64,000 nucleotides of DNA from Antedon mediterranea (taxonomy: Eukaryota; Animalia; Echinodermata): the NCBI RefSeq assembly GCF_964355755.1, contig NC_092671.1, positions 12,276,001 to 12,340,000 of the forward strand. Reading direction: 5' to 3'. Position numbers and translations under genes: made by a program. Shown in pieces: positions 13,576-25,935 of this stretch (positions within the stretch are counted from its first letter, which is position 1; every line of letters starts with the position of its first letter). The notes beneath the pieces were generated by a model, which was not told where the DNA came from, ran no database searches, and saw only the letters and a program-made list of their open reading frames with translations.

Positions 13576-13589
13576 GTTGTCATGGAAAC
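13576..13589 (+). promoter_or_regulatory. RFX X-box upstream of ankyrin-CaaX gene
   Basis: GTTGTCATGGAAAC closely fits the X-box palindrome GTTGCCATGGCAAC. A second half-match (ctgtcatggata) abuts it. It lies ~200 bp before a donor (ag|gtaagc, 13782) of a likely non-coding first exon. Confidence 0.6.
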
Positions 13590-13881
13590 TGTCATGGATA
13601 TAACGCAAATTTTTTAAGGGATAATACATAAACGGAGAACAATGAATGTGCTTGTGCCCAAGAGTTGTCAAACCATGCGGAACATTTCTTTAGATCATAT
13701 TTTCTTCGACGTGATATACACGTTGGTTTTGTTTCAAGCAAGTTTTATAAGTCGTTGAACTAGGCCCATATTTCCTGGAAGGTAAGCATTTTTTGCAGTC
13801 AAAGGAAGGAATTTACTTGTGTTTACTTGTGTTTGAAATGCAGAATGTTATTTGGCCTAAGTTAATGTATTTAACAGAACG

Positions 13882-16800
13882 ATGTATGCACAAGGAAAAC
13901 CAATACGGTAAGTAACTAATGTAGTGTTACTCTCAGTGCTCTGCCAGGGAAGAATTATTAAATCTCAACTATGGCATTAGTTTGTGTATGCAAGTTAAAC
14001 ATTGTTAATTGAATGAACAACTTTTACCGAGTTATATTTATTACGGTACATTTATCATCATGAGGAAATTGGTTCTTGATATTTAGTAAAAACTTATACG
14101 ATGATTTATCCAAAAAAAATCACTGACAAAATTAAGAACATACAGCTTGTTTTCCGTATTTCCAAATGTTAGTTTTAATTATTCTTCCATGACGATACCA
14201 ATGAATTATAGCTTTAGAATTATACGGAGACATTTTGTCTATTACGCATATTTATTATGATATAGCCTACTGTATAAAGGTATATTTTTGCTACGGTAAT
14301 AAATTCATCCGAGTAACATTATCCGACTGTTTCACTAATTTCATTGATCATTTTTTTGTATTCAATATTCAATGAGTCTTTCGTTACAAACGACTGAAAC
14401 ACTACGATATTCTTACGTCTCATTGTTGACAAATATTCGTCTTAAATGTCGGTGTTTAGACGCTTGGCTTGATCTTAATAGTTACAGAATGGATACAATA
14501 CACCAACCCTGATTAGCCTGATCACGAAATAATGCACAGCTAATACAATTAGAGTATCTAAATAATTGTAATAATGCATATTTAATTTAGTTATTACATT
14601 AATATGCTGATAAAGATCATTTATTTATTGGTATGTTGTTTTTTTATACGGGCAATATTTAAGGAATTCGTTGTTCCATGTATTTACTGCCACATAACTT
14701 AATCTTTTTTGTTTTATGAATAAATACCAATGAATAATTTATTCATGTCTTCTCTTTTCTTTTTCACTTATAAAGGATAGTAAAGAAACATCGTTCAAGA
14801 AAGACCAGCATAGAAAAGGATCAAACTGAATTAAAGTCGGTAAGTCACCATAAATAACATTGATTATGATGTTTTAAATGTTAGAAATTTCTCATTTTCA
14901 ACGGAGAGGTAGACCAGGGAAGAGTGTATTTTTTCACCTTTGCGCTGGGTAGACTAATAATAATGTTTCTTTTTGGGGCTTTCCCATGATCCAGCGTACC
15001 CGCCCGAGCTGGGGGTTCCAATATAGCAACTGAGGCACGAATATCTTTGATTCTGTATCTTTAAAGTTGATATTCTGGAATTCCACACTTTATATAACCT
15101 AACTCTCACATCTAAACTGACATCGTTTTAATCTCTTTAACGTATTTATAATGAATGTAGGAATTAGTTGGGTCTGTAAAATCAATTAGCATCAGTGTAC
15201 TCGTTTTTAGAGTGAATGTTAATCCTGTAAACGAATATATCCAGGTCATCAGTCATACCGGTGCCTGTTTCATTGTACTTGAATATAATATTTTTTGAAA
15301 TAATGCGACCTAAAATATTTATGTCGACTCCGGAACGAAATCTGTATATATTTATTCAGTGCCTCAATGCAAAAGTCGTCCATATGTGGTTTACATTGTA
15401 ATTAAAATTAAGTTTTTTATTAATATTTTGGAACTCGAATCTGTAAATGGAAGGATGAACATCATGCATAGAAGAAACGAAACTAGGTTCGACTAGCATA
15501 CTTGTCATCACTATATAGTGTTCTGCTTTAAGTAATGTTTCTTTATTGACTATTAAACAAGTTTAATGTCAGAAGCTTCAATAAATAATCTTTTGAAAAA
15601 CATTTTTGTTGATGTCGCTCTTGCCTTTCCAGTTCCAAAATATTAGTTTTTTTATCATCATTTTAATTACAATGTAAACCACATATGGACGGCTTTTGCA
15701 TTAGGCACTGAATAAATATAAAATATAATTATAAACAAAGAACAAAAACAACCCGGTACTCTTGTTACCTATAATGTGTGAATAAATTAACATAAATATG
15801 GTAAAGATTGTAAATTAAAAACACGCAGTAATAATAATACATTAACAATATTTATATATTTGAAGGAGATATGGAACGCCGTAATGTCGGGTGATTTGGA
15901 AACTGTAGAGAGACTTGTAAACGAAGGCGCCGATGTTGACACAACGAAAGTAAGTCTGGTTGTCCGCTTAAGGTCCAAGAGAGATTGGGAACGTTAAAGG
16001 GTTAAAGAGTAATGAGGGAAATGTTGTCGTTCCGGCTCCTGTTGTTTTTTAGAGCGATGACCGTCATTTTATGGAGGTTGTTTAACTCTCAATATTATTT
16101 TTTTTAAACAATATGTTCACCCCTCTTATTAAAAGTAATTATGAAATCTCTGGTAACACGGAATGAGGGTGTTTATAGAGATAAGTGCAAGAAAGAATGC
16201 AGTCCAACCGAATTATAAAGACATTCTGTGCTATATCGAGTTTTCTAGGCCTATCGATATATATATATTTTTTTTTTTTTACGAATATGATTGCATTTAA
16301 TATATTTCAAACTATGTAATACTGTATTGTCATTATTTAATACAAGTTTTAAATTACATATCATGCTATTTATCATCGGAGTACAATAATGCCATCGTAT
16401 AGGATAATGAACAAATGCAAGTTGTCATGGTGATAAACTTTCAATTAATTATATTCGTTTTTAAAATGGATTGTATCGATTAAAAATTTGTTTTATGAGT
16501 TAATTAAAGATTGAAATTTGCAAGGTCGGTGATCTAAATTTGACATGATACAATCATGGAGGAAAACATTTTTCCTCCATGGTACAATTTCAAAAATATG
16601 ACTTTACCACCTCACTTCGAAAATATGCTTCTCTCCTTAGTATTACATTATTTAATTGCATAATGAACAGAGATGCACTTGTAAGAGTTAAAATAAAAAT
16701 TGTCATTTAATTTTCTTAGATGTTACGTGACTCATTGACTTATGCGACCAATTTTCGCTTCTAACGAGGGGACTAGTTATTGTTTTCATTATGATATACT

Positions 16801-19800
16801 TATATAATAATAAATGTGAATATATTGAATTGAATATGTCTACAAATTATATTTTTATTATATCATTTACATTGGCTTCCATTTTTTTCTTTTATTTCAA
16901 GCTTTGATAGAACTTTCGATAGTAACAAATGGCAGAAAAGTTTATATTTACCGATTAAAATAAAAAATAAAAAAACAGCATAAAAAAACAAAAACATATT
17001 TATCTGCTTTAGCCTATAATTTTAAATATTGTTTATAAATGTAAATATTAAATATTGTTTATAAAGCATGATCATGTATCTTAGTAATGAAACTGATTAA
17101 TTATAATGCAGACCTATCGTAATATAATAGAAATCAAATATCGCTTTTGATATTCAGTCAGTCATCGTGGACATTATAACTTGTATTATTCTTCTGTGTA
17201 TTCTTTCATTGTGGAAATAATACACCTCATAATTCTCATATTATTATATATTATTGAATTCATCCAAATTATAGAATTCACAAAGGAAAGTCTAGTATCC
17301 GAAATGTCAGAGGTCATTCATTTCTTCTTCCTCTTTGGTAATAAGCATAATTCCATGTAACAATGCAATGTTGTTTATTAAACGGTACCTGGAAATGTGA
17401 GTCTTGCGTATGTAAAATATGATGTTTATAATTGTTTTGTAAAATGTATGATAATGATATGATGATTATGGCAAATGATAGGTGCTGCTTGACGATGAAA
17501 ATACAGATTTTCATGAAATGAAGGAGGATATTATAATACTGTATACATTGTATTGTATAGTATAATGCTCCATTTCTGTGTTGATTTACTTAGTAGGCCT
17601 GCATTTTTAACATTGGGCTGCAGTGGAATTCTACAACTTAGACCCGGTGGATCCTCATATTTCCCAATGTTAAATTGTATTTGAATACAGCTTACAGTGG
17701 TGTATCACTTTCCAATAGAACCTAATATCTTTTTATTTAAAACTAAATATATATTTAGTACCTAGACCTATTAATATTTACGATCATTTCAGTTTCATGA
17801 AAATTGTCTCTTCTTTCTTCGTCAGTATTCCTAGTTGAAGTTCCATCTTGCATTTATGTCAGAAGATTATGAATACTGTAAATGTAAACAAAATAAATAA
17901 TAGGGTTACACTTCTGTATCTTGTATTATAATTACTATACATTTTAGCATTGGGCTCCACGAGTGCATGTCAGATCCCTCTCTTTATATCTGGTAATGAG
18001 GATGTTTTTATGTATAGTAGGCCTAATTGTAAATGGGAATAACCTGCGACTTGCAGCCTACTGGACTGAATTGCGCGCAGGTCCCCTTCGTGTCGAGTGC
18101 TGCCACCAAACGGCGCCCGTTCGTTAATGTTAACTATGAATCCATGCACTTTTTTCTTAATTATTAGGATGGAACAACATTACTTGTGTTGGCTATTCAA
18201 GAAAATCAAACAGAAATGGCGAAGAAACTTTTAGAATTAGGGGCTGATATTAGCATTAGACATGAAGAGGTAACACACTATAATATTATACTATCGTTAT
18301 CGTCAGGCAATACAGAAGATGTTGTCGATATGTATATGTTCTTTTCTGTAAAATTAAGATTTATTACATTTGTAGATTACTGAAGGTGTTATCCAGTTCA
18401 AAACAGCCAAAGATTATGCAAGTGAAGAAGGATTGGTCGAGTTGTGTGAACTTCTACAAAACAAAGTTATACTCAATACTGTAAGAAGATTTACCTTATG
18501 CAGTATATTAAAACCCGTTTTATTATTATCCCATTTTGCTAGATTATTAAAGGGAATAATTAATATTAATAATATAGCATCTGTTCCCATGGCATGTTTG
18601 TCCGTTTGTTGGGAACACAATCAAAGACATTATTCTGTTATAACCATTTCTGAAACATGTGCGAATTGTTTCAGTTTGTTAAAGTAGTTATAAAGCACTG
18701 TGTATAGTTTTTTGGTTTTTTTTTTTTGTTTTTTTTCTTGCTTTTCTGCCTTCTTGGGATGTTTTCACCAGATTGCATATTATATTCCACAAGAAATTAA
18801 TTTTTCCCATAGAATATTCGAACAGCGGTTCAAGATGGAAACCAATTCTTAGTACAGAGTCTTCTAAAGCAAGGCGGAGATGTCAACGTAACGGTATGAT
18901 AATAACAAGAGTTAAGAATTGTCAGGATTCTTTTCTGACAATTTCTACTCCCAAGGACTTGTAATAAGACTTACTAATTGTTTATGTAGAGCGTCTTGTT
19001 TGTCTTGTGAACAGGATTGCCAGGATAGTGAAGGAATTCGCTTATAGATCCTTGGCAATTTGGCTAAATATATAAACAAAAAAAACAAAACAACGTTTGA
19101 TCTATTTATCTTTTCTTTTATATCGAAATACCCATTTTGAAGAATACTTTGACTTCAAAATGACACTTCTTTTATACTACTTGGTTCAAATGGGTTAATA
19201 ACAATAATAATTTTAACATTATAGACGGAAGATGGGTACTCATTGCTGATGGTAGCAATCAGGAATAAGGATCTTGATCTTTCATTATTGTTACTTCAGG
19301 AAAATGCAGATGTCGGCTACGTTTTAGAGGTAAGTTTTAGACTTTGTTTTATTTCACATACGTCACCAAATATACTGCAAGACAATTTGATATTAACACT
19401 GCGGATATTGGTCTTGGGAGTTTGCGTATTGGTACGTTACTATTTTGATCATGAAAACCGCTATTTCAACCAAGGAAAAAATGGAGTAATGATGATGATT
19501 TTGTTAGGATTAGGTCTGTATGTAACCATGTGTGTGTATGTCTGGTTTTAAGGTTTGGGAGCAGACGCAGACTCTTGAAGAATGGAATACAACACGTTAT
19601 ACAGCCAAAGATTATGCAATAGAACATCTACCTACAGTTGTAGATGTATTAGACGTCCGAATGGAAGAAGATAGGACTAAGGTAAAGGAAACTACTCTTG
19701 TCACTTTCAATAATGCTACATTACCCATGGAGTTATAAAATTTAATTTTATAACTCCATACATTACCACGATATTTTCACATTTACAGTGGTATCATAGA

Positions 19801-20268
19801 ACTCGGGTGACGTGTAACCAAAGCTGGTACCGTTGTTTTTTTTTAGAATGCCGATAACTTTTCTGTAGGCCTACTCCCGAACCAATTCTGTTCAGGGAGT
19901 TGTAAAATAATAATTTTACAACTCCGTGTTCTGTTTAACATACTTTTGCATTATTTGTTTCTGTTTTACCTACAGGGGCTGTCGGTACCGGACAACATGA
20001 ATAAAACTCCTTTTGATGATCTTATGCAGGTAATTATTATCTTTATCATCTTCATCAATATTAATTATTGTTTTTTTACATCTCTCAATCGCATCATCAT
20101 CAGCATCAACAACATTCATATACCATCACTAATGCTGTGTCCACTGTATAAATATAATCGTTTGAAAACTATTTCCAACCGTTGTCCAAATTATATAAAT
20201 TTAATTTTCTCTTTCAGTTTAAAAAGAAGCATGTTCGGCAGAAATCTCACGTATGCTTAATAATCTAA
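13882..20268 (+). CDS. Ankyrin-repeat protein with polybasic tail and CaaX box (…KKKHVRQKSHVCLII*), 266 aa
   Basis: Exons 13882-13907, 14776-14839, 15866-15949, 18168-18269, 18376-18480, 18813-18893, 19225-19329, 19553-19681, 19976-20029, 20218-20268 are in frame at GT-AG sites. Ankyrin motifs: AVMSGDLETVERLVNEGADVD, DGTTLLVLAIQENQTEMAKKLLELGADI, AVQDGNQFLVQSLLKQGGDVN, DGYSLLMVAIRNKDLDLSLLLLQENADV. The first two exons are less certain. Confidence 0.85.
15347..15720. mobile_element. MITE with ~60-bp terminal inverted repeats
   Basis: tatatttattcagtgcctcaatgcaaaagtcgtccatatgtggtttacattgtaattaaaa (15347-15407) is near-perfectly inverted at 15661-15720. Confidence 0.8.
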
Positions 20269-20304
20269 ATGGATAAGAAATAAAGGAAAATTACCAAGAT
20301 TCAT

Positions 20305-21004
20305 TAGTAGGCCAATGGTACTGGATCCTTCAGTAGTAAAGACGGGGAGACGGATGGTAGGCCAATGATACTGGATCCTTCAGCAGTAAAAGACGGGGGA
20401 GGGTGATGGTAGGCCAATAATACTGGATCCTTCAACAGTAAAGACGTGGGAGAGGGATCGATTGTAAGCCAATGATCTGGATCCTTCAGCAGTAAAGACG
20501 GAGGAGAGGGATGGTAGGCCTATGATAATTGATCCTTCGGTAAAGATGGGGAGGGGGTTGGTAGGCCTATAATAATGGATCCTTCAGCAGTAAAGACGGG
20601 AGGGGGATTAGGCCTATGATAATGGATCCTTCGGTAAAGACGGGGGAGGGGGATGGTAGGCCTATGATAATGGATCCTTCGGTAAAGACTGGGGAGGGAG
20701 ATGGTAGGCCTATGATAATGGATCCTTCGGTAAAGATTGGGGAGGGAGATGGTAGGCCTATGATAATTTATCCTTTGGTAAAGACTGGGGAGGGGGATGG
20801 TAGGCCTATAATAATGGATCCTTCGGTAAAGACGGGGGAGGGGAATGGTAGGCCTATGATAATGGATCCTTCGGTAAAGTATGGTGGATGGGGATGGTAG
20901 GCCTATGATAATAGATCCTTCGGTAAAGACTGGTGAGGGGGAGGGGGATGATAGGCCTATGATAATGGATCCATCGGTAAAGATCACGGGGGAGGGGGTT
21001 GGTA
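20305..21004 (+). repeat. G-rich minisatellite, ~48-51 bp unit, 14 copies
   Basis: Unit ggtaggcctatgataatggatccttcggtaaagacgggggaggggat; 14 (g/t)atcc cores counted. Confidence 0.95.
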
Positions 21005-21928
21005 ATATGCATGCATTTTTTGTAGAAAACTGTAGATATTGTAAATACTGTGCATTATTTAAAATAAGAAATAAGGTCGATAATAATAACGCTCTGCACG
21101 ATTTGATAGGCCTAATCGTGATTGTATGCAAAATTAAAGTGTTCTCTGCAATGTAAGTAAAATGTATATATGCTAGCTTATTCCCTCTCAAAAAAAACTT
21201 TGTTGGAACAAAGTTGTTTCTTTAAGCTTATAATTTCCTTCGTAATCTTTAATATACGGGTAGTTTTAATCACTATAGGTATAGGTATTTTGATACAGAG
21301 GACAAACTGTTTTCCATCATATAAAATGGTGTCAAAAATGTCTCAATAAATGTAGTTTGGTTTTTAAATTGATTAATGAATGTATTTTATTTTTTGGCCA
21401 GGATAACGACGTCAATGATTATAATGACGTCAATGATTATAAAGATAATACTAATTAGGTTTATTAGTGATATAACGACATTATATTATTAGTGCTGATG
21501 CTACATTAGTGGTGGTGATGACCATCGTATGGTGGTGACAGTTTTAAAAATAATCTTGTCCAGTCAAGTCAATTTGAAACTGCGTATTTTCATTTCAAAT
21601 GTTGATGATGTTACTGCACAAAAAAAAAACACTTTTCTGAAGATAAAGAAATCTATAATAGCGCCACCTATTACCGTAATGTTGACAGTTGACTTTTTTA
21701 CGTCTGATGCCAAGCCTCCTGTTATTTTAGTAACTGAGCCAACACAACTCAACTAATCATCAGCAGCTACTGTCATCCTCTGAACAGGACAAGATCTTGA
21801 CACGGTTCGTTGTTAAGGAGGTAAATTTGCTTTGTTAAATTCAATAAATGGTTATTTGATATACTATTTTGTTTTTAGTTTTTATTCATTTAGTGTTGTG
21901 GTAGGCTACAGGAGACGGGGTATACCAC

Positions 21929-22807
21929 TGTTATGCGCGATTTGAACGATTTGCGCAATTTGAAATTGCGCAAAAAAAATCCTTGCGCAATTTGAATTGA
22001 AACATGTGTTTCAAATTGCGCAAGCAACGTATTAAATTGCGCAAGTAATCTGCAAATTGCGCAAGGTTTTTCGACAGATTGTGAAATCATGCACACCCAT
22101 ATTTTTATAGTAATTTCTAAGAATGATTCAAAATTAAAGATAAATATCGCATTTCCTTATTTTAGTAGTGCAAATATTGTTATAAGTTAGCATACCGTCG
22201 AAGAACCGACGAAGGAAAACGAAGCGGTGGTGTTACACCAGGCGGGCGCGGCGCGGGCGGCCGGCTATACTCTCTAGCCTAGCTAGGGTCTGGACTACTT
22301 ATACTGACTAGGTTACATGGCCTAGCTTAAACTTATATTAAAAACTTAATTTTTACATTTATTTTGATTTATTTCAAGTTACAGTGATAATATTATTTAA
22401 TTGTAATAATAAATGTTATGTATTTATTATACACATGTTATCTTCGCATTTATTATGTTTTATTTTGAGTTATTTAGTTTCCAATAAATTATTATAATAC
22501 CGATTGTCTGGTAGAATTTTGTTGCGCAATTTGAAAATTTACAGTTCGTTTTCAAATTGCGCAAAGGTGTCATATTGCGCAAGAACTATCTTGCGCAATT
22601 TACAAATTGTGCAGCGCAATTTAAAATTGCGCAAAGATTTTCTTGCGCAATTTGAAATTGCGCAAGTTGATTGCGCAATTTGAAATTGCGCAAAAAAATC
22701 CTTGCGCAATTTTAAATTGCGCAAGAATTCTTTGCGCAATTTCAAATTGCGCAAGGATTTTTTTGCGCAATTTCAAATTGCGCAAATCGTTCAAATCGCG
22801 CATAACA
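21929..22807. mobile_element. Non-autonomous TIR element with TGT...ACA ends and 4-bp TSD (Ginger-like)
   Basis: ~68-bp TIR tgttatgcgcgatttgaacgatttgcgcaatttgaaattgcgc… with one indel. CCAC is duplicated at 21925-21928 and 22808-22811. Many subterminal ttgcgcaattt.aaattgcgcaa palindromes. Confidence 0.85.
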
Positions 22808-24816
22808 CCACCACTGCACCAGCATCTAGTCTCAAGATGCTGCATAATAGTACTCAACCCCTGCAGCACAACCACTTTTAAATGTGTGCCTCCTTCCTAC
22901 TGTTAAAACATGAGCATTTAAACAAATTTGGCTGCTATTTTTCTTTCTAAACTTAGTACAGTAGTTCAGAAATTAACAGCTAATAGAAAATATGTTTCGC
23001 CGATGTGTTATCGGTATTGCCATCATCATTTGCCAAAAGTAGGTTAGTCTTAATGATAATTATACCGATAAATTACATGAAATGTTTTGTGGTGTAATAT
23101 TTCTCATTTGTAGTTTAACTTTCAGATTATCTCTTTAAATATTATAATTTATCATCTTTCCAGGTCAACTGAAATGTTTTTCTAACTTTAAAATAATATT
23201 TAGATTTAAAGCTTATTTTATACTCAATTAAATTGAGATGACATGGATTTTGCCTAATAAATAGGTGTTCATGCTTTTCATCAAATGTTCAACCAATTAG
23301 CATGAAAAGATTGTGTGGTTTGTGTCTCCTTGTCTTTCTGTTTTCAAAATTATTTTTGTTTAAAAAGACAATAAATGACATTATGATTATACTCTTGTAA
23401 TATGCATGCAAAATAAAATTTTAATTTCCATAAAATTATACAGAATTTAAACACAGCTGAGTGGATATGACATTTTGATAATAGAGCCTGGGATATATAA
23501 TCCTACTGTATAGTTGACAATATACCAGCATATTCATAAACAGACGGTTGACATCTATTTATTGACAGTAATGAAAAAGCTGTCATGTGAACTCTAATAA
23601 GATTTTAATACAAAATAGTAAACTTAAAGTATATTATGCTCAAATTTAAATTGGCATTCTGAGTAGTGGATCCAACTTAGATTGTGAAATATGGTGAGCT
23701 TAAAAATAAGTATTATTATTGTCTATTTTGTGCCTAGCTTACCTGGATAAACTGACACGAAATATGTATATGTATGATACGAAAAATAAAAGTTTCTGTG
23801 AAATTTGTCACATAGCCGTCTAGGTGCAGCATACCAATACAATCATACAACAACCATTAAAGGTTATTTCATATGCAGATTAGGTTACATCAAATATACA
23901 AATATAAAAAAAGATATTAAATCTTAATTTAAAAAATAATGGAGAAGCTGATTGATAATACAAGTAAGTAATACATCTTTGTATGAAATTAGGTTGAAAA
24001 TGCTTTTAGTATTATGGATATTAATGGTAATGATTGATATACTAATCTACAACATTCACATTCACGTTGATGATGTTTGATGCAAAATAGTCTTTGTGTT
24101 AGCACAGTCAGCAGAGCGATTCCGCATAATTACATTGAAGTGCGCAGTACAAACGAACTAAGAAAGCTAATAGAATTACTACACATACAGCAATAAGTAT
24201 TACAACTGACTCATTGATTTTCGTTCTCTGTGCTCTTTCACTAAATCGCACCTTTGCTTTACTGTATCGTAGTGTTGTAAGGAATGTGACGCTAAATGAT
24301 ATGCATTATAAGTAGCTTCTCACAATCAATATTATTTAAGTACTAGTCTGTTTTTATAATGTTTGCCAAGAACATTGTAATACAATTTTTATTTTATCAA
24401 GTGTTTATCTTATGATACCGTTGCTCATTAGGAATCAATTATGTGGTTTTTTTTCGACAGTATTTCTCTCTTGCTGTGTTTTGTCTTTGCTTTTTGCTTT
24501 ATCATGTATTAGTTTTGTTCTCTCTTTACTGTTACTAAAACTTTATGAAATAATTAACTAATACACATTATTGCGATGAAATAAAAAATAGTCCGCAAAA
24601 TAAAAGTTATAAGTACAGGTTTTAAGTAATTGACATAGAGAGCCAGAGATCCAATACCCAAGACAAAAATGTTTGGGCATTGATACTGTACAACAACTGT
24701 CATTTCTGCTATAGAAGGGAGAATTAATGCAGAATTATTCATTGATTATATGTGTTTAGAGTTCATATTCAAAGCATTAGTAGGGTAATCATTACAAAGG
24801 CGAGAAATTAGTAATA

Positions 24817-24844
24817 CTATATATATATATATATATATATATAT
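24817..24844. repeat. (TA)n microsatellite
   Basis: Pure TA run. Confidence 0.9.
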
Positions 24845-25935
24845 CAGGCCTAGCGTCAGTAGATAAAGATGACTCAGTCCCTATCATCATTTGTTTCATT
24901 TTAGCATCATGTTATAATATATCAGGCTAGCTTTAGTAGATAAAGATGACTCAGTCACCATCATCGTTCAGTTCATATTGGCATGATGTTGATGATTAAA
25001 TTGAATGCTTACAGTGTGGTGGTAGCTATGCTTTTGGCTAGCATCTATATTGATCTTATAATGGAGCTACAAATTACTCAATGATGCAGAAAAGACATTT
25101 ATTGTATGTAGTGGTAGAGTTGAATGATACTGGATGCTTTCACTATTTGCAAAAACCTACCTGAGAACTAGTTATGTTATTTTTTTTCATAGTAAGTATA
25201 CAGGGACGTTGCGACATGTTTTCAAATACTTCTTTCTCAACACAGATTTTATGGAACCTGGGCTCAGACACTGACCAACCAACCCAATTTGCATAGGTCA
25301 TACTGTAGGTCATACTGTAGCTCATTGAAAATCGAAAAGCTAACTATTAACTTAAAAGGAAAAGAAAAACTATAAAGGAAAGACAAACATATAATTTAAA
25401 ATGTGTGTGTTACTATATTTCAGTTTTCTCTAATGATAAACTTATTCAATATTCAGTTTTACTGTAACATATACAGTATAAACCTCATGGTTTTATACTT
25501 GAAACCGACTTGAAAGCTTAAAATGTCCTATGTCAATTTTTGATAAAGAATAATTTTAAGAATAAATATTTCATAAAATGTGTCACTTTCATGTAGAATT
25601 ATTTCTTTAGAATTGTTCTGTAATGCTAACGATATCGTTTAATCAAGTATTACGTCAAAATGAAATTCTATAAGGACACATAAATTATAATCTAGCTATG
25701 ACAGTGTATGTATACATTATAACAATGCAAAGTGAAAACCACTTAGCCTGAAGTTAATTGAAATATGAAAAGAAACAGAAGTTCAATAGCCAACAAATCA
25801 CAAAAATTAAAACATTTTAAAGGTTTTTGGTTGTATTGTTAATTGGGGTTCTACTGAATTTCTCTTCTATTCCTCAGACAATTTTACTTTCAAATTAAAA
25901 AAAAAATGTATGTATATTCTGTATATAATGATAAC

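Noticed and set aside
20305-21004. CRISPR-like appearance of regular repeats
   Set aside because: Units are head-to-tail with no unique spacers, there are no cas genes, and the context is eukaryotic.
20520-21191. ORFs of 223, 94 and 91 aa with repeated peptides (MIMDPSVKTGEGDGRP / RRIHYHRPTI)
   Set aside because: By-products of a 48-bp minisatellite; unit-length variants shift frame, and the array follows the ankyrin stop codon.
21890-22906. Several ORFs with LRNFKLRK/CAISNCA repeats
   Set aside because: Translations of the palindromic subterminal repeats of the MITE.
23939-23969. ATG-containing mini-exon MEKLIDNT with gtaagt donor
   Set aside because: Phase 1 does not fit the phase-0 MYRIP acceptor at 32250, and I found no bridging exon.
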